This document shows, one piece after another, positions 38,768-48,662 of a stretch of DNA of 64,000 nt (position 1 is its first letter; each line of letters begins with the position of its first letter). Made by a program: the position numbers and the translations under genes. Source of the stretch: a bacterium (GTDB taxonomy: Bacteria > SAR324 > JACQKK01). The stretch covers positions 1,344,001-1,408,000 of the forward strand of contig OZ251219.1 in assembly GCA_965240465.1 (NCBI GenBank), in the 5' to 3' direction. The notes beneath the pieces are model-generated. The model was not told the DNA's origin, did not search any database, and was given only the letters and a program-made list of their open reading frames with translations.

Positions 38768-41314
38768 ATGAAATTAAACACTTTTATAAGTATAAAAATT
38801 AGGTTTTACACATTGGGGACAGCACTGTGTATTACTGTTTTTTCTTTGATTATTTTATCATGTTCTAGCAGTTCAAATGCACCACCTCCCCTTGAAACTG
38901 ACACTGGAATAATAGATCCAGTTGAGGAAAGGATCAAGTATAAGACTTTATTTTCGGGAGGGGGGGATCATACCTGTTTGTCTGTAAGAGGTGCACTATC
39001 ATGTTGGGGAAAGGGTGGTAGTGGTCGTCTGGGCAATGGAGACGTTTATGATAAATACATTCCTACTGCAGTGACTGGAATGGATAGCGGTGTGACCGAT
39101 GTTGCGGCAGGGTATGATTACACCTGTGCAGTGAAAGATGGTGTAGCCAAGTGCTGGGGCGAAGGTTATGGTGGTCGTTTGGGTACTAATTTAGATCCTA
39201 ATGATTCAGCAGTAGCAGACCTAGCAGTACCAAAAAATGTGGGATTTAGTAGTGGTAGCGTTAAAGACATTAGTGCTGGAAGAGCAACCTCCTGTGCCAT
39301 AAAGACAGATGAAAGTGTTTGGTGTTGGGGAAGTAACTCTCGGGGACAACTGGGGGATGGTAGCACGGAGGACAAATATTCTCCAGTGCAGGTTTTTCTT
39401 GGAGATGAAATCCCCTTTGAGAATGCTAAAGCTATTAGCTCGGGAGAGTATTATAATTGTGCAATTGCTGGCGAGGATGCTCTGGTTTATTGTTGGGGTG
39501 GTAATGAAGCAGGACAGTTAGGTACGGATAATACAGATGACTCTCTTACTCCTGTTAAAGTAATCCGTGATGATGATGAAGATTTGGACGATGCCTACTC
39601 CATTTCATCAGGGGATCATCACACCTGTGTACTTAGTGGTAGTGGTGATGCTTGGTGTTGGGGTTGGAACGGGAGTGGTCAATTGGCCAGAGGCAATAAT
39701 GATTCTTCCTTAAAAGCTCACAAGGTATCGGTTCCTGATAGCACGCCAGCTACAGGATTAGGGTTTATTCGGGCTAAAGGCGATACAACCTGTACCATAT
39801 TAAGCGGGATTGCCCGATGTGCAGGAGAGAATAGATTCGGTCAGTTGGGAATAGGTAACACTAATGATAGTAATACTCTAATAAATGTCCAACTACTCAC
39901 CAGTGGAGTAACTAACATGGCAGTGGGAGCAGCCCACGCCTGTGGCATCCAGAATTATGTAGATGGTGAAATATACTGCTGGGGTAATAGCAGTAGTGGT
40001 CAGGTGGGTTATAGTGGTCATGTAGCCCGACAGCTATATCCAGTGAAGGTCTATAACACTAACGGCAATATCTCTAAGAATGTTACTTATGTTGATACAG
40101 GGAAGGCACACTCTTGTGCGATCCTGAATGGTGGAGCTTATTGCTGGGGGCAGAATGAGTTCGGTGAAATAGGCAATGGTACCCAAGTTCAAGCACCTAA
40201 GCCGGTAGCAGTATCAGATCTGTCTAGCGGTGTAACTGAAATTTCCGCAGGAGGATACGCGTCTACTTGGGTCAACAATGCTCATACTTGTGCTATCAAG
40301 GATGACAATGTTTGGTGTTGGGGATATAACAACCTAGGACAACTTGGGAATGGTTCTAGAACAAACAGTTTTGTTCCCGTGCAGGCAACAACTAGCGGTA
40401 TTGCGACTTATATTGGTACAGGATTCGAGATTTCTTGTGTCTTAGTAGACAGTACACCAAAATGCTGGGGTAATAATTATGATAATAGATTGGGTACTGG
40501 AGCACCTAGTTATGTTAAAACCGTGCCGACAAATGTTGTTTATGGTTCCAGCAAAGAAAGCATTAGTGATGCTAAATATCTATCTGTAGGAACGGATGCA
40601 GCTTGTACCATCCTGGGTGCGAAGGTTATAAATGGTACAACCTATAATGACATTATTGCCTGTTGGGGTTTAGGTCATTGGAACGCACTTTCTAATGCTG
40701 ATAGGGGACACCAATCTTATGCTCTTGCATCCATCACCAACAGTGGTGGGGACGCAGACATTGTCGATGATATATATCTTCATGGCTATTCTGCGGTTAG
40801 CTTAGGATATCAACATGGGTGTGCTATAAACAAAGTATATGCCGAAAACACCGCCACCACCTACGAGAATGTTGCTGTTTGTTGGGGCCTTAACGATAAT
40901 GGTCAGGCGGGTACTAGAAGGGAGGGAACTGGTTTCGTAAATCCACGAGTGGTTAGATTTACGAGTGGGGGAATACCAGTTGCGAATGTTATCAGTATTT
41001 CTGCACAATACAGGCAAAGTTGTGCCGTTGTGGATACTGGGCGGGCAGTATGTTGGGGTAATTCCAGTACTGGAGGTTTAGGTAATAATTCTTTTGGCGG
41101 CGATGTTTTTTTTCCCCAGGACCTGTTCCCATTTAATGCTGACAATAGTATTGGCTTTAGCCGAATCTCTGCTGGGAATCACGGTTGCGGTATAGCAGGA
41201 ATAAATTCAGACAAACTATACTGCTGGGGTAAAGGTGATGTAGGACAGCTAGGCTATGGTAGAACAGGGGATATTCCAACACCAATACGAGTTTTAATTG
41301 GTATTGATGAATAA
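38768..41314 (+). CDS. RCC1-repeat lipoprotein (array copy 2)
   Basis: 848 aa; near-identical to copies 1 and 3 outside the variable patches. Confidence 0.85.
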   Translation: MKLNTFISIKIRFYTLGTALCITVFSLIILSCSSSSNAPPPLETDTGIIDPVEERIKYKTLFSGGGDHTCLSVRGALSCWGKGGSGRLGNGDVYDKYIPTAVTGMDSGVTDVAAGYDYTCAVKDGVAKCWGEGYGGRLGTNLDPNDSAVADLAVPKNVGFSSGSVKDISAGRATSCAIKTDESVWCWGSNSRGQLGDGSTEDKYSPVQVFLGDEIPFENAKAISSGEYYNCAIAGEDALVYCWGGNEAGQLGTDNTDDSLTPVKVIRDDDEDLDDAYSISSGDHHTCVLSGSGDAWCWGWNGSGQLARGNNDSSLKAHKVSVPDSTPATGLGFIRAKGDTTCTILSGIARCAGENRFGQLGIGNTNDSNTLINVQLLTSGVTNMAVGAAHACGIQNYVDGEIYCWGNSSSGQVGYSGHVARQLYPVKVYNTNGNISKNVTYVDTGKAHSCAILNGGAYCWGQNEFGEIGNGTQVQAPKPVAVSDLSSGVTEISAGGYASTWVNNAHTCAIKDDNVWCWGYNNLGQLGNGSRTNSFVPVQATTSGIATYIGTGFEISCVLVDSTPKCWGNNYDNRLGTGAPSYVKTVPTNVVYGSSKESISDAKYLSVGTDAACTILGAKVINGTTYNDIIACWGLGHWNALSNADRGHQSYALASITNSGGDADIVDDIYLHGYSAVSLGYQHGCAINKVYAENTATTYENVAVCWGLNDNGQAGTRREGTGFVNPRVVRFTSGGIPVANVISISAQYRQSCAVVDTGRAVCWGNSSTGGLGNNSFGGDVFFPQDLFPFNADNSIGFSRISAGNHGCGIAGINSDKLYCWGKGDVGQLGYGRTGDIPTPIRVLIGIDE

Positions 41315-41369
41315 ATTATTGGCTTGTAGAATTAATAACACAAAAATAGACTTTTCTTAGGCGATAGCA

Positions 41370-41663
41370 CAAAAGCGGCTAAAATTACACCGATGCCCTG
41401 CAAAAATATCCAGACCTAAGGGAAATGATGTTATTGTCATCGGGGTGGGCAAGTATTCCAAAGTGAACTCCATCCGAGCAAATCGCTTGAATGCCTCAGT
41501 AGTTCAATTGCCATATCTCATTGCTCAGTAGGCAGTATTGCGTGCTGTGAAAATATTGAATGGTAAAAATCTGGACCGATTCCAGTACGTTGATTTCCTA
41601 GTACTAAGCAAGAAACTACTGGCAGAAGGTATGGGACGACCCACGCTGAAACACCTTAAATAA
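41370..41663 (+). pseudogene. Second decayed copy of the sugar-binding gene 3' end
   Basis: Near-identical to 38337-38629. Confidence 0.85.
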
Positions 41664-41801
41664 GTGCTGTAAAAGTAGTCCTACAAGATTATTAAATAAA
41701 TAAATAAAAAATAACTGAAACATAACTTCTGTATGTTACAATAATATAAGAGCTTATCAACGATTAGCCGATCATATTCTTGTTGATGGCGTACAGATAA
41801 T

Positions 41802-44432
41802 ATGAAATTAAACACTTTTATAAGTATAAAAATTAGGTTTTACACATTGGGGACAGCACTGTGTATTACTGTTTTTTCTTTGATTATTTTATCATGTTCT
41901 AGCAGTTCAGATACACCACCTCCCCTTGAAACTGACACTGGAATGACAGACCCAACAAACCCGATAGATCCAATAGACCCGATAGATCCAATAGACCCGA
42001 TAGATCCAATAGACCCAATAGATCCAGTTGATCCAGTTGATCCGTTGGAAAGGGTCAAGTATAAGACTTTATTTTCGGGAGGGGAGGATCATACCTGTTT
42101 GTCTGTAAGAGGTGCACTATCATGTTGGGGAAAGGGTGGTAGTGGTCGTCTGGGCAATGGAGACGTTTATGATAAATACATTCCTACTGCAGTGACTGGA
42201 ATGGATAGCGGTGTGTCCGATGTTGCGGCAGGGTATGATTACACCTGTGCAGTGAAAGATGGTGTAGCCAAGTGCTGGGGCGAAGGTGATAATGGTCGTT
42301 TGGGTATTAATGATTCTAATAGTTCAACATTAATAGACACAGCAGCACCAAGAGATGTGGAATTTAGTGGTGGTAATGTCAGCGTTAAAGACATTAGTGC
42401 TGGAAGAGCAACCTCCTGTGCCATAAAGACAGATGAAAGTGTTTGGTGTTGGGGAAGTAACTCTCGGGGACAACTGGGGGATGGTAGCACGGAGGACAAA
42501 TATTATCCAGTGCAGGTTATTAAAGATGGAAACCCCTTTGAGAATGGTAAAGCTATTAGCTCGGGAGAGTATTATAATTGTGCAATTGCTGGCGAGGATG
42601 CTCTGGTTTATTGTTGGGGTGGTAATGAAGCAGGACAGTTAGGTACGGATAATACAGATGACTCTCTTACTCCTGTTAAAGTAATCCGTGATGATGATGA
42701 AGATTTGAACGATACCTACTCCATTACATCAGGAGATCATCACACCTGTGTACTTAGTGGTAGTGGTGATGCTTGGTGTTGGGGTTGGAACGGGCAAGGT
42801 CAATTGGCCAGAGGCAGTAATGATTTTTCCTTAAAAGCTCAAAAGGTATCGGTTCCTGATAACACGCCAGATACAGGATTAGAGTTTATTCGGGCTAAAG
42901 GCGATTTAACCTGTACCATATTAAGCGGGTTTGCCCTATGTGCAGGAAATAATAACTATGGTCAGTTGGGCATAGGTAACACTAACAATAATCATACTCT
43001 AAGAAATGTCCAACTACTCACCAGTGGAGTAACTAACATGGCAGTGGGAGCAGCCCACGCCTGTGGCATCCAGAATTATGGAAATGGTGAAATATACTGC
43101 TGGGGTAATAGCAGTAGTGGTCAGGTGGGTTATAGTGGTCATGTAGCCCGACAGCTATATCCAGTGAAGGTCTATAACACTAACGGTAATATCTCTAAGA
43201 ATGTTACTTATGTTGATACAGGGAAGGGACACTCTTGTGCGATCATGAATGGTGGAGCTTATTGCTGGGGGCAGAATAGCTTCGGTGAAATAGGCAATGG
43301 TACCCAAGTTCAAGCACCTAAGCCGGTAGCAGTATCAGATATGTCTGGCGGTGTAACTGAAATTTCCGCAGGAGGATACGTGGATGCTGGGGCCAACAAT
43401 GCTCATACTTGTGCTATCAAGGAGGATAATGTTTGGTGTTGGGGATATAACAACCTAGGACAACTTGGGGATGGTTCTAGAACAAACAGTTTTGTTCCCG
43501 TGCAGGCAACAACTAGCGGTATTGCGACTTATATTGGTACAGGATTCGAGATTTCTTGTGTCTTAGTAGACAGTACACCAAAATGCTGGGGTAATAATTA
43601 TGATAATAGATTGGGTACTGGAGCACCTAGTTATGTTAAAACCGTGCCGACAAATGTTGTTTATGGTTCCAGCAAAGAAAGCATTAGTGATGCTAAATAT
43701 CTATCTGTAGGAACGGATGCAGCTTGTACCATCCTGGGTGCGAAGGTTATAAATGGTACAACCTATAATGACATTATTGCCTGTTGGGGTTTAGGTCATT
43801 GGAACACACTTGCTAATGATGATAGGGGACACCAATCTTATGCTGTTGCATCCATCACCAGCAATAGTGGGGACGCAGACCTTGCCAATGATACATATCT
43901 TCATGGCTATTCTGTGGTTAACTTAGGATTTCAACATGGGTGTGGTATAAACAAAGTATATGAAGAAAACAGCACCACCTACGAGAATGTTGCTGTTTGT
44001 TGGGGCCTTAACTATAATGGTCAGGCAGGTAGTCCAAGTGGGGATTGGCTCGCACGTCCACGAGTGATTAGATTTACGAGTGGGGGAATACCGGTTGCGA
44101 ATGTTATCAGCATTTCTGCACAATACAGGCAAAGTTGTGCCGTTGTGGATGCTGGGCGGGCAGTATGTTGGGGTGATTCCAGTACTGGGGGTTTAGGTAA
44201 TAATTCTTTTGGCAGTAATAAGGTTTCTTATCCCCAGGACCTGTTCCCATTTAATGCTGACAATAGTATTGGCTTTAGCCAAATCTCTGCTGGGTATCAC
44301 GGTTGCGGTATAGCAGGAACAAGTTCAGACAAACTATACTGCTGGGGTAAAGGTGATGTAGGACAGCTAGGCTATGGTAGAACAGGGGATATTCCAACAC
44401 CAATACGAGTTTTAATTGGTATTGATGAATAA
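41802..44432 (+). CDS. RCC1-repeat lipoprotein (array copy 3) with expanded DPI linker
   Basis: 876 aa; 11 (D/N)Px triplets, mostly DPI, at 41949-42047 after the lipobox. Confidence 0.85.
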   Translation: MKLNTFISIKIRFYTLGTALCITVFSLIILSCSSSSDTPPPLETDTGMTDPTNPIDPIDPIDPIDPIDPIDPIDPVDPVDPLERVKYKTLFSGGEDHTCLSVRGALSCWGKGGSGRLGNGDVYDKYIPTAVTGMDSGVSDVAAGYDYTCAVKDGVAKCWGEGDNGRLGINDSNSSTLIDTAAPRDVEFSGGNVSVKDISAGRATSCAIKTDESVWCWGSNSRGQLGDGSTEDKYYPVQVIKDGNPFENGKAISSGEYYNCAIAGEDALVYCWGGNEAGQLGTDNTDDSLTPVKVIRDDDEDLNDTYSITSGDHHTCVLSGSGDAWCWGWNGQGQLARGSNDFSLKAQKVSVPDNTPDTGLEFIRAKGDLTCTILSGFALCAGNNNYGQLGIGNTNNNHTLRNVQLLTSGVTNMAVGAAHACGIQNYGNGEIYCWGNSSSGQVGYSGHVARQLYPVKVYNTNGNISKNVTYVDTGKGHSCAIMNGGAYCWGQNSFGEIGNGTQVQAPKPVAVSDMSGGVTEISAGGYVDAGANNAHTCAIKEDNVWCWGYNNLGQLGDGSRTNSFVPVQATTSGIATYIGTGFEISCVLVDSTPKCWGNNYDNRLGTGAPSYVKTVPTNVVYGSSKESISDAKYLSVGTDAACTILGAKVINGTTYNDIIACWGLGHWNTLANDDRGHQSYAVASITSNSGDADLANDTYLHGYSVVNLGFQHGCGINKVYEENSTTYENVAVCWGLNYNGQAGSPSGDWLARPRVIRFTSGGIPVANVISISAQYRQSCAVVDAGRAVCWGDSSTGGLGNNSFGSNKVSYPQDLFPFNADNSIGFSQISAGYHGCGIAGTSSDKLYCWGKGDVGQLGYGRTGDIPTPIRVLIGIDE

Positions 44433-44520
44433 ATTATTGGCTTGTAAAATTAATAACACAAAAATAGACTTTTCTTAGGCGATGGCACATCATGAGGAAC
44501 ACTGCCTGAAGAGATTTTTT

Positions 44521-45807
44521 GTGAAAACAACAACCAAGATTTTTATTATCTGCGTTTTGTCAGTCACGATGCTATCTGGCTGCCAAGTACAGGAGAAATA
44601 CCAGAAATTACTAAAAAAGATTACTGAGATTTTGAACATCGGTAAGGAAGAGAGTGCTGTTTCTGAAGAGAGTGCTGTTTCTGAAGAGAGTGCTGTTTCT
44701 GAAGAGAGTGCTGTCCCTGAAAGAGAGTCTGTAAAAGAATCATTTATTAGTACTAGTATTGCGGTGGGTAATTTTCACACTTGCACAGTGGTGAGAGGTT
44801 CTGCTTGGTGCTGGGGGTTAGGGAATAGTGGTCGTTTGGGTACTGGCAGTAGTAAAGAGCAAAAAAAGCCTGTCCTAGTGGAAGGCTTAGGCAATGGTGT
44901 TTCTGATATTTCAGCGGGGGCGGAACACACCTGTGCTATCAAAAGAGGTTCTGCTTGGTGTTGGGGCAAGGGATCTGAAGGACAGCTAGGAAATAGTGGT
45001 ACTAGGTCTCGGTTTAAGCCTGTAGAGGTAGTGGGGTTATCCAGTGGTGTTTCCTCTATTTCTGCAGGGTATTCACATAGTTGTGCCATCAAAGGAAACG
45101 CTGCTTGGTGCTGGGGCTTAAGCAAGGATGGTCGTCTGGGAAATGGTGTTTCTGGTGCTGTTGTGAGAAACCAGCCTGTGCGAGTATCAGGTCTTAGTAT
45201 GGGAGTTTCTCGTATTTCGGCGGGGAAGGCTCATACCTGTGCGATTGTGGCAGGGGAGGCTAGGTGTTGGGGGTTTGGAGGCAGTAATCAGCTAGGAAAT
45301 GGTAGTACTAGCGACCAATCTAGGCCTGTTAGGGTGTCTACTCTTGGTTCTGGCGTTACCGATATTTCAGCGGGTGCAGAGCATACATGTGCTATCAAGA
45401 GTGGTGGTGCTTGGTGCTGGGGAGAAGGACAACAAGGTCAGCTAGGCAATGGCGATGTAGTCAATCAGGGTATGCCTGTGCAAGTGAGAGAGCACGACAG
45501 TGGTTTTTCGAGTATTTCTACGGGTTCAGCTCATAGTTGTGCGGTTGTGAACAGGTCTGCTTGGTGTTGGGGGAATGGTAGTAGTGGTAGGATTGGTTAT
45601 GGTGGTGTACATTTGAAAACTGCCCCAGTAGAGGTAATTGGTATTGTAGGGAGGGCATCTGTGATTGCCGCGGGGTATTCACACACTTGCGTGCTGGTAG
45701 GAGGTGGAGTGGTTTGGTGCTGGGGCTTTGGTGGTAATGGTCAGTTGGGAGACGGAAAAAGCGGTTTCCATGAGAGACTCAAGCCGATCAGGCTCCGTAT
45801 GAGGTAG
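44521..45807 (+). CDS. RCC1-repeat lipoprotein (single propeller)
   Basis: Lipobox LSG-C (GTG 44521 preferred over ATG 44482); EESAV(S/P) x4 linker (18-bp repeat, 44647-44718); 7 AG..HTCA....AWCWG repeats. Confidence 0.8.
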   Translation: MKTTTKIFIICVLSVTMLSGCQVQEKYQKLLKKITEILNIGKEESAVSEESAVSEESAVSEESAVPERESVKESFISTSIAVGNFHTCTVVRGSAWCWGLGNSGRLGTGSSKEQKKPVLVEGLGNGVSDISAGAEHTCAIKRGSAWCWGKGSEGQLGNSGTRSRFKPVEVVGLSSGVSSISAGYSHSCAIKGNAAWCWGLSKDGRLGNGVSGAVVRNQPVRVSGLSMGVSRISAGKAHTCAIVAGEARCWGFGGSNQLGNGSTSDQSRPVRVSTLGSGVTDISAGAEHTCAIKSGGAWCWGEGQQGQLGNGDVVNQGMPVQVREHDSGFSSISTGSAHSCAVVNRSAWCWGNGSSGRIGYGGVHLKTAPVEVIGIVGRASVIAAGYSHTCVLVGGGVVWCWGFGGNGQLGDGKSGFHERLKPIRLRMR

Positions 45808-45810
45808 ATT

Positions 45811-45850
45811 GGGGGATGGGGGGGGGGGTTGGGAGGTGAAGGTGGGGAGG
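45811..45850 (+). repeat. Intergenic G-run cluster (G5-G11-G3..G4), potential G-quadruplex
   Basis: Fills almost all of the gap between the convergent stop codons at 45807 and 45851. Confidence 0.55.
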
Positions 45851-46201
45851 CTAATTTTTTGTTTCTGTAGCGATCCATTGCAGGAATTCTGGGTTGCCGT
45901 GTGTTATGGGCCAAGCGATAATACAAGGGCATTGATAAGAGTGGAGGGTTTTCACTCTGGTAGTGAGTTCTTCGAGGCGGGTGGTTGTTGTTTTAGCCAG
46001 CAGGGATATTTCTTTAGCTGAGTTAAGCTGTCCTTGCCAGCGGTAGATAGATTTGTGCTCGCCCAAGATATTGGCACAGGCAGCCAGTTTTTCCGATACT
46101 AAAATGCTTGCGATGTTTTGGGCTTCTTTTTGGGAAGCAGTGGTAATATACACCAGTAGTGGTTGAGGAGATTTTGGTATCACGACTAGTTTTATTTCCA
46201 C
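45851..46201 (-). CDS. cutA: Divalent-cation tolerance protein CutA
   Basis: VYITT....EA..IA..LV.EKLAACANI....SIYRWQG....E...KT, HSY.CPCI; the start may be GTG 46183. Confidence 0.9.
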   Translation of the reverse strand: MEIKLVVIPKSPQPLLVYITTASQKEAQNIASILVSEKLAACANILGEHKSIYRWQGQLNSAKEISLLAKTTTTRLEELTTRVKTLHSYQCPCIIAWPITHGNPEFLQWIATETKN

Positions 46202-47733
46202 CAGAGGGGGTATTTTTTTTCGTCAGTGTCTGGGAGTTGTTGGGGATATTTGTCAAGGTATCCTGCTTGGGCTGCTTGCAGAAAGGAATCCACCCAATGG
46301 AAGACATTATGATTAGCTACGGTTTTTTTCAGCTGGTTCATGTTGTGGATACGCTCTTCTTTTTGCATGGTGCATGCGTGGTAGATGGTGTCTGCCATTC
46401 CTTCGGTGTCAAAAGGATTAACAGTTAGGGCGTATTTACCCAGCTGGGCAGCTGCCCCTGCAAACTTGCTGAGTACCAGTACACTATTTTCCGTTTTAGC
46501 ACAGGCACAAAATTCTTTAGCCACCAAATTCATACCGTCATCCAGAGGAGTGATCAAAGCTATATCGGCGGCATGATAGTATCCCAGCAGTTCTTCGTGT
46601 TTTAGAGAACGATACTGGTAGATAATGGGAGTCCAATTTGGGCGAGAAAACTCACCATTGATTTTTCCCACCAATTGCTCTATTTCCTGCTTAATTTTTT
46701 CATATTCTGGAATTTGCTCGCGACTGGGTACCAGCACCTGTACTAGAGTTACCTTGCCTATCAAGTTTTGGTATTTTTTCAGCATATCGCTAAAGCCACG
46801 TAGTTTGTGCCTAATTCCTTTGGTATAGTCCATGCGGTCTATGCCGAGTACGATTTTCGTATCCTTTAGGCTGTTACACAGGGTTTGGCTGTATCCTTGT
46901 GATTTACTTGAGTTAACTGTGGTAGCGAAGTGTTGGTAGTCTATACCGATAGGAAAGCTGCCTACCTTAGTGACGCCATGTTTATGTTCAATATGATGTA
47001 GCGATCCGTGGCGTGAAATGTGGATTTTTTTCAGTAGAGATTCCACCGCACGCATGAAGTGTGTTTTATGCCATGGGGTTTGGAAGCCCAGCAGATTGTA
47101 TGACAGCATGGAAATTAGGATTTCTCTAGCCCAGGGCATCATGACAAATATTCGGTCTGGAGGAAAAGGAATATGGAGAAAGAAGCAGCTAGGGTTTTCC
47201 ACCCCCAGTTCCCTCAAGCGTTGTCCTAGCTGGATGAGGTGGTAGTCGTTTGTCCAGAGAAGGTCTTTTTTTTGTACTGTACTTTTAACTACGTGGGCGA
47301 ATTTCTTGTTAACCTCTTGATAGCTTCTCCAGTAGGTAGGATTGAAGTCACAACGGTGCGGCATGCAGTGAAACAAAGGCCAAATAATACCGTTGGAAAA
47401 ACCTTGATAAAAAAGCTGAAATTCCTCTTCTGTAAGAAACACAGGATTTACCAGATAGCCGATATTTTTGGTATGCCTTTTTAACAGAGACCACTTGGCA
47501 GGATGTCCGAGCACTCCGGGCCAACCGATCCACACTCCCCCACGATGACGCAACACTGGCCCCATAGCGGTGACTAGCCCTCCAGAACTAGAAGATATCT
47601 TTGAGATCCCTTCTTTATCCGATAACGTGAACGGCAAACGGTTGGAAATAATTACCAGACGCTCAATTTCTTCCGTAGAAGAATCTTCCAGAGTGGCAGG
47701 GACTAGCCACTCTTCCGACATTCTACTTCCCAT
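46192..47733 (-). CDS. otsA: Trehalose-6-phosphate synthase
   Basis: [74 protein letters not shown]. Confidence 0.93.
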   Translation of the reverse strand: MGSRMSEEWLVPATLEDSSTEEIERLVIISNRLPFTLSDKEGISKISSSSGGLVTAMGPVLRHRGGVWIGWPGVLGHPAKWSLLKRHTKNIGYLVNPVFLTEEEFQLFYQGFSNGIIWPLFHCMPHRCDFNPTYWRSYQEVNKKFAHVVKSTVQKKDLLWTNDYHLIQLGQRLRELGVENPSCFFLHIPFPPDRIFVMMPWAREILISMLSYNLLGFQTPWHKTHFMRAVESLLKKIHISRHGSLHHIEHKHGVTKVGSFPIGIDYQHFATTVNSSKSQGYSQTLCNSLKDTKIVLGIDRMDYTKGIRHKLRGFSDMLKKYQNLIGKVTLVQVLVPSREQIPEYEKIKQEIEQLVGKINGEFSRPNWTPIIYQYRSLKHEELLGYYHAADIALITPLDDGMNLVAKEFCACAKTENSVLVLSKFAGAAAQLGKYALTVNPFDTEGMADTIYHACTMQKEERIHNMNQLKKTVANHNVFHWVDSFLQAAQAGYLDKYPQQLPDTDEKKYPLWWK

Positions 47734-48491
47734 TGATCAAAGAAACTTAATAATTCTTTTGGAGGCTGAATCCAAACTTCGGCCTCTGTTTTACGAAGCT
47801 CAGGACGTACCAACACAGATAGCCCCTTACCTTTAAGGCTCTTAAAAGCATCTTCATCGGTGTGGTCATCGCCCAGATATGCACCCAGGCAAGGGCTATT
47901 TTCTTCCAGCAGAGTCCTCACAGCTCTACCTTTGTTATGTGCTTCGGCACGAATTTCATGACCGCCATCAATTGGGTGTAGCAACAAGCCCTCTACACTT
48001 TCTAATGGTCCCCAGTTTTTTACTACCCACCCATGCATAGCAATTTGCTTTTCAGCACTCATCCCACGATGATGCATTACAACGCCCGCGTATTTGTGTT
48101 CCACCGCATCACCCCAATCGGCTTTAGCCCTGACGCGTGCTTCGTGTAGGCCTTCTCCGATCTCATCAGGCAGGGGATTTTGCAATAAATCTTGTTTAGG
48201 GGATAAACGTTCCCAGCCATGGTTCCCCCAAATTTCGGGCATATCGCCCCAATCTAACAGATCAGCTAATTCATCAGCTACTCTGCCAGAAATAATAACT
48301 ACCTTGCATAGTTCCGATTTAATTAATCTTTCCAGTTTTTCTTGTACTCCAGGCCAAGGTTTAGCAATGCGTCTATCTATCTGCAATGGAGAGAGAACGC
48401 CATCATAATCAAGCATCAACAAGCGTGTGGGAGCTTTATTTAAGGCTTTGAAGAACGGCTTAAGTTCTCCAGATTTTTTTAGAACTTCCAT
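47703..48491 (-). CDS. otsB: Trehalose-6-phosphate phosphatase
   Basis: HAD motifs LDYDGVL, ISGR, G.HG.E, NKG.AV, YLGDD.TDEDAF; overlaps the otsA start. Confidence 0.9.
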   Translation of the reverse strand: MEVLKKSGELKPFFKALNKAPTRLLMLDYDGVLSPLQIDRRIAKPWPGVQEKLERLIKSELCKVVIISGRVADELADLLDWGDMPEIWGNHGWERLSPKQDLLQNPLPDEIGEGLHEARVRAKADWGDAVEHKYAGVVMHHRGMSAEKQIAMHGWVVKNWGPLESVEGLLLHPIDGGHEIRAEAHNKGRAVRTLLEENSPCLGAYLGDDHTDEDAFKSLKGKGLSVLVRPELRKTEAEVWIQPPKELLSFFDQWEVECRKSG

Positions 48492-48662
48492 ATATTTAAG
48501 ACTCTAAGAATGTTTATGAGAATATTTTCAAAAAATACTGTAAGTATGGTCTTTCTTATAAGACAAGATTGTTCTAGCATAGTAGGGGTGTTTATAGCAA
48601 ATCTTAATAAGAAATTGCATAAATTAGCACTCAATGACCGTGACATAAGTGATGGAATATAG

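Noticed and set aside
35667-44432. Diversity-generating retroelement as the cause of the position 1-2 variation
   Set aside because: No reverse transcriptase or template repeat in the window; the variation is spread over 2.5 kb, includes indels, and often neither allele is A. A remote element cannot be excluded.
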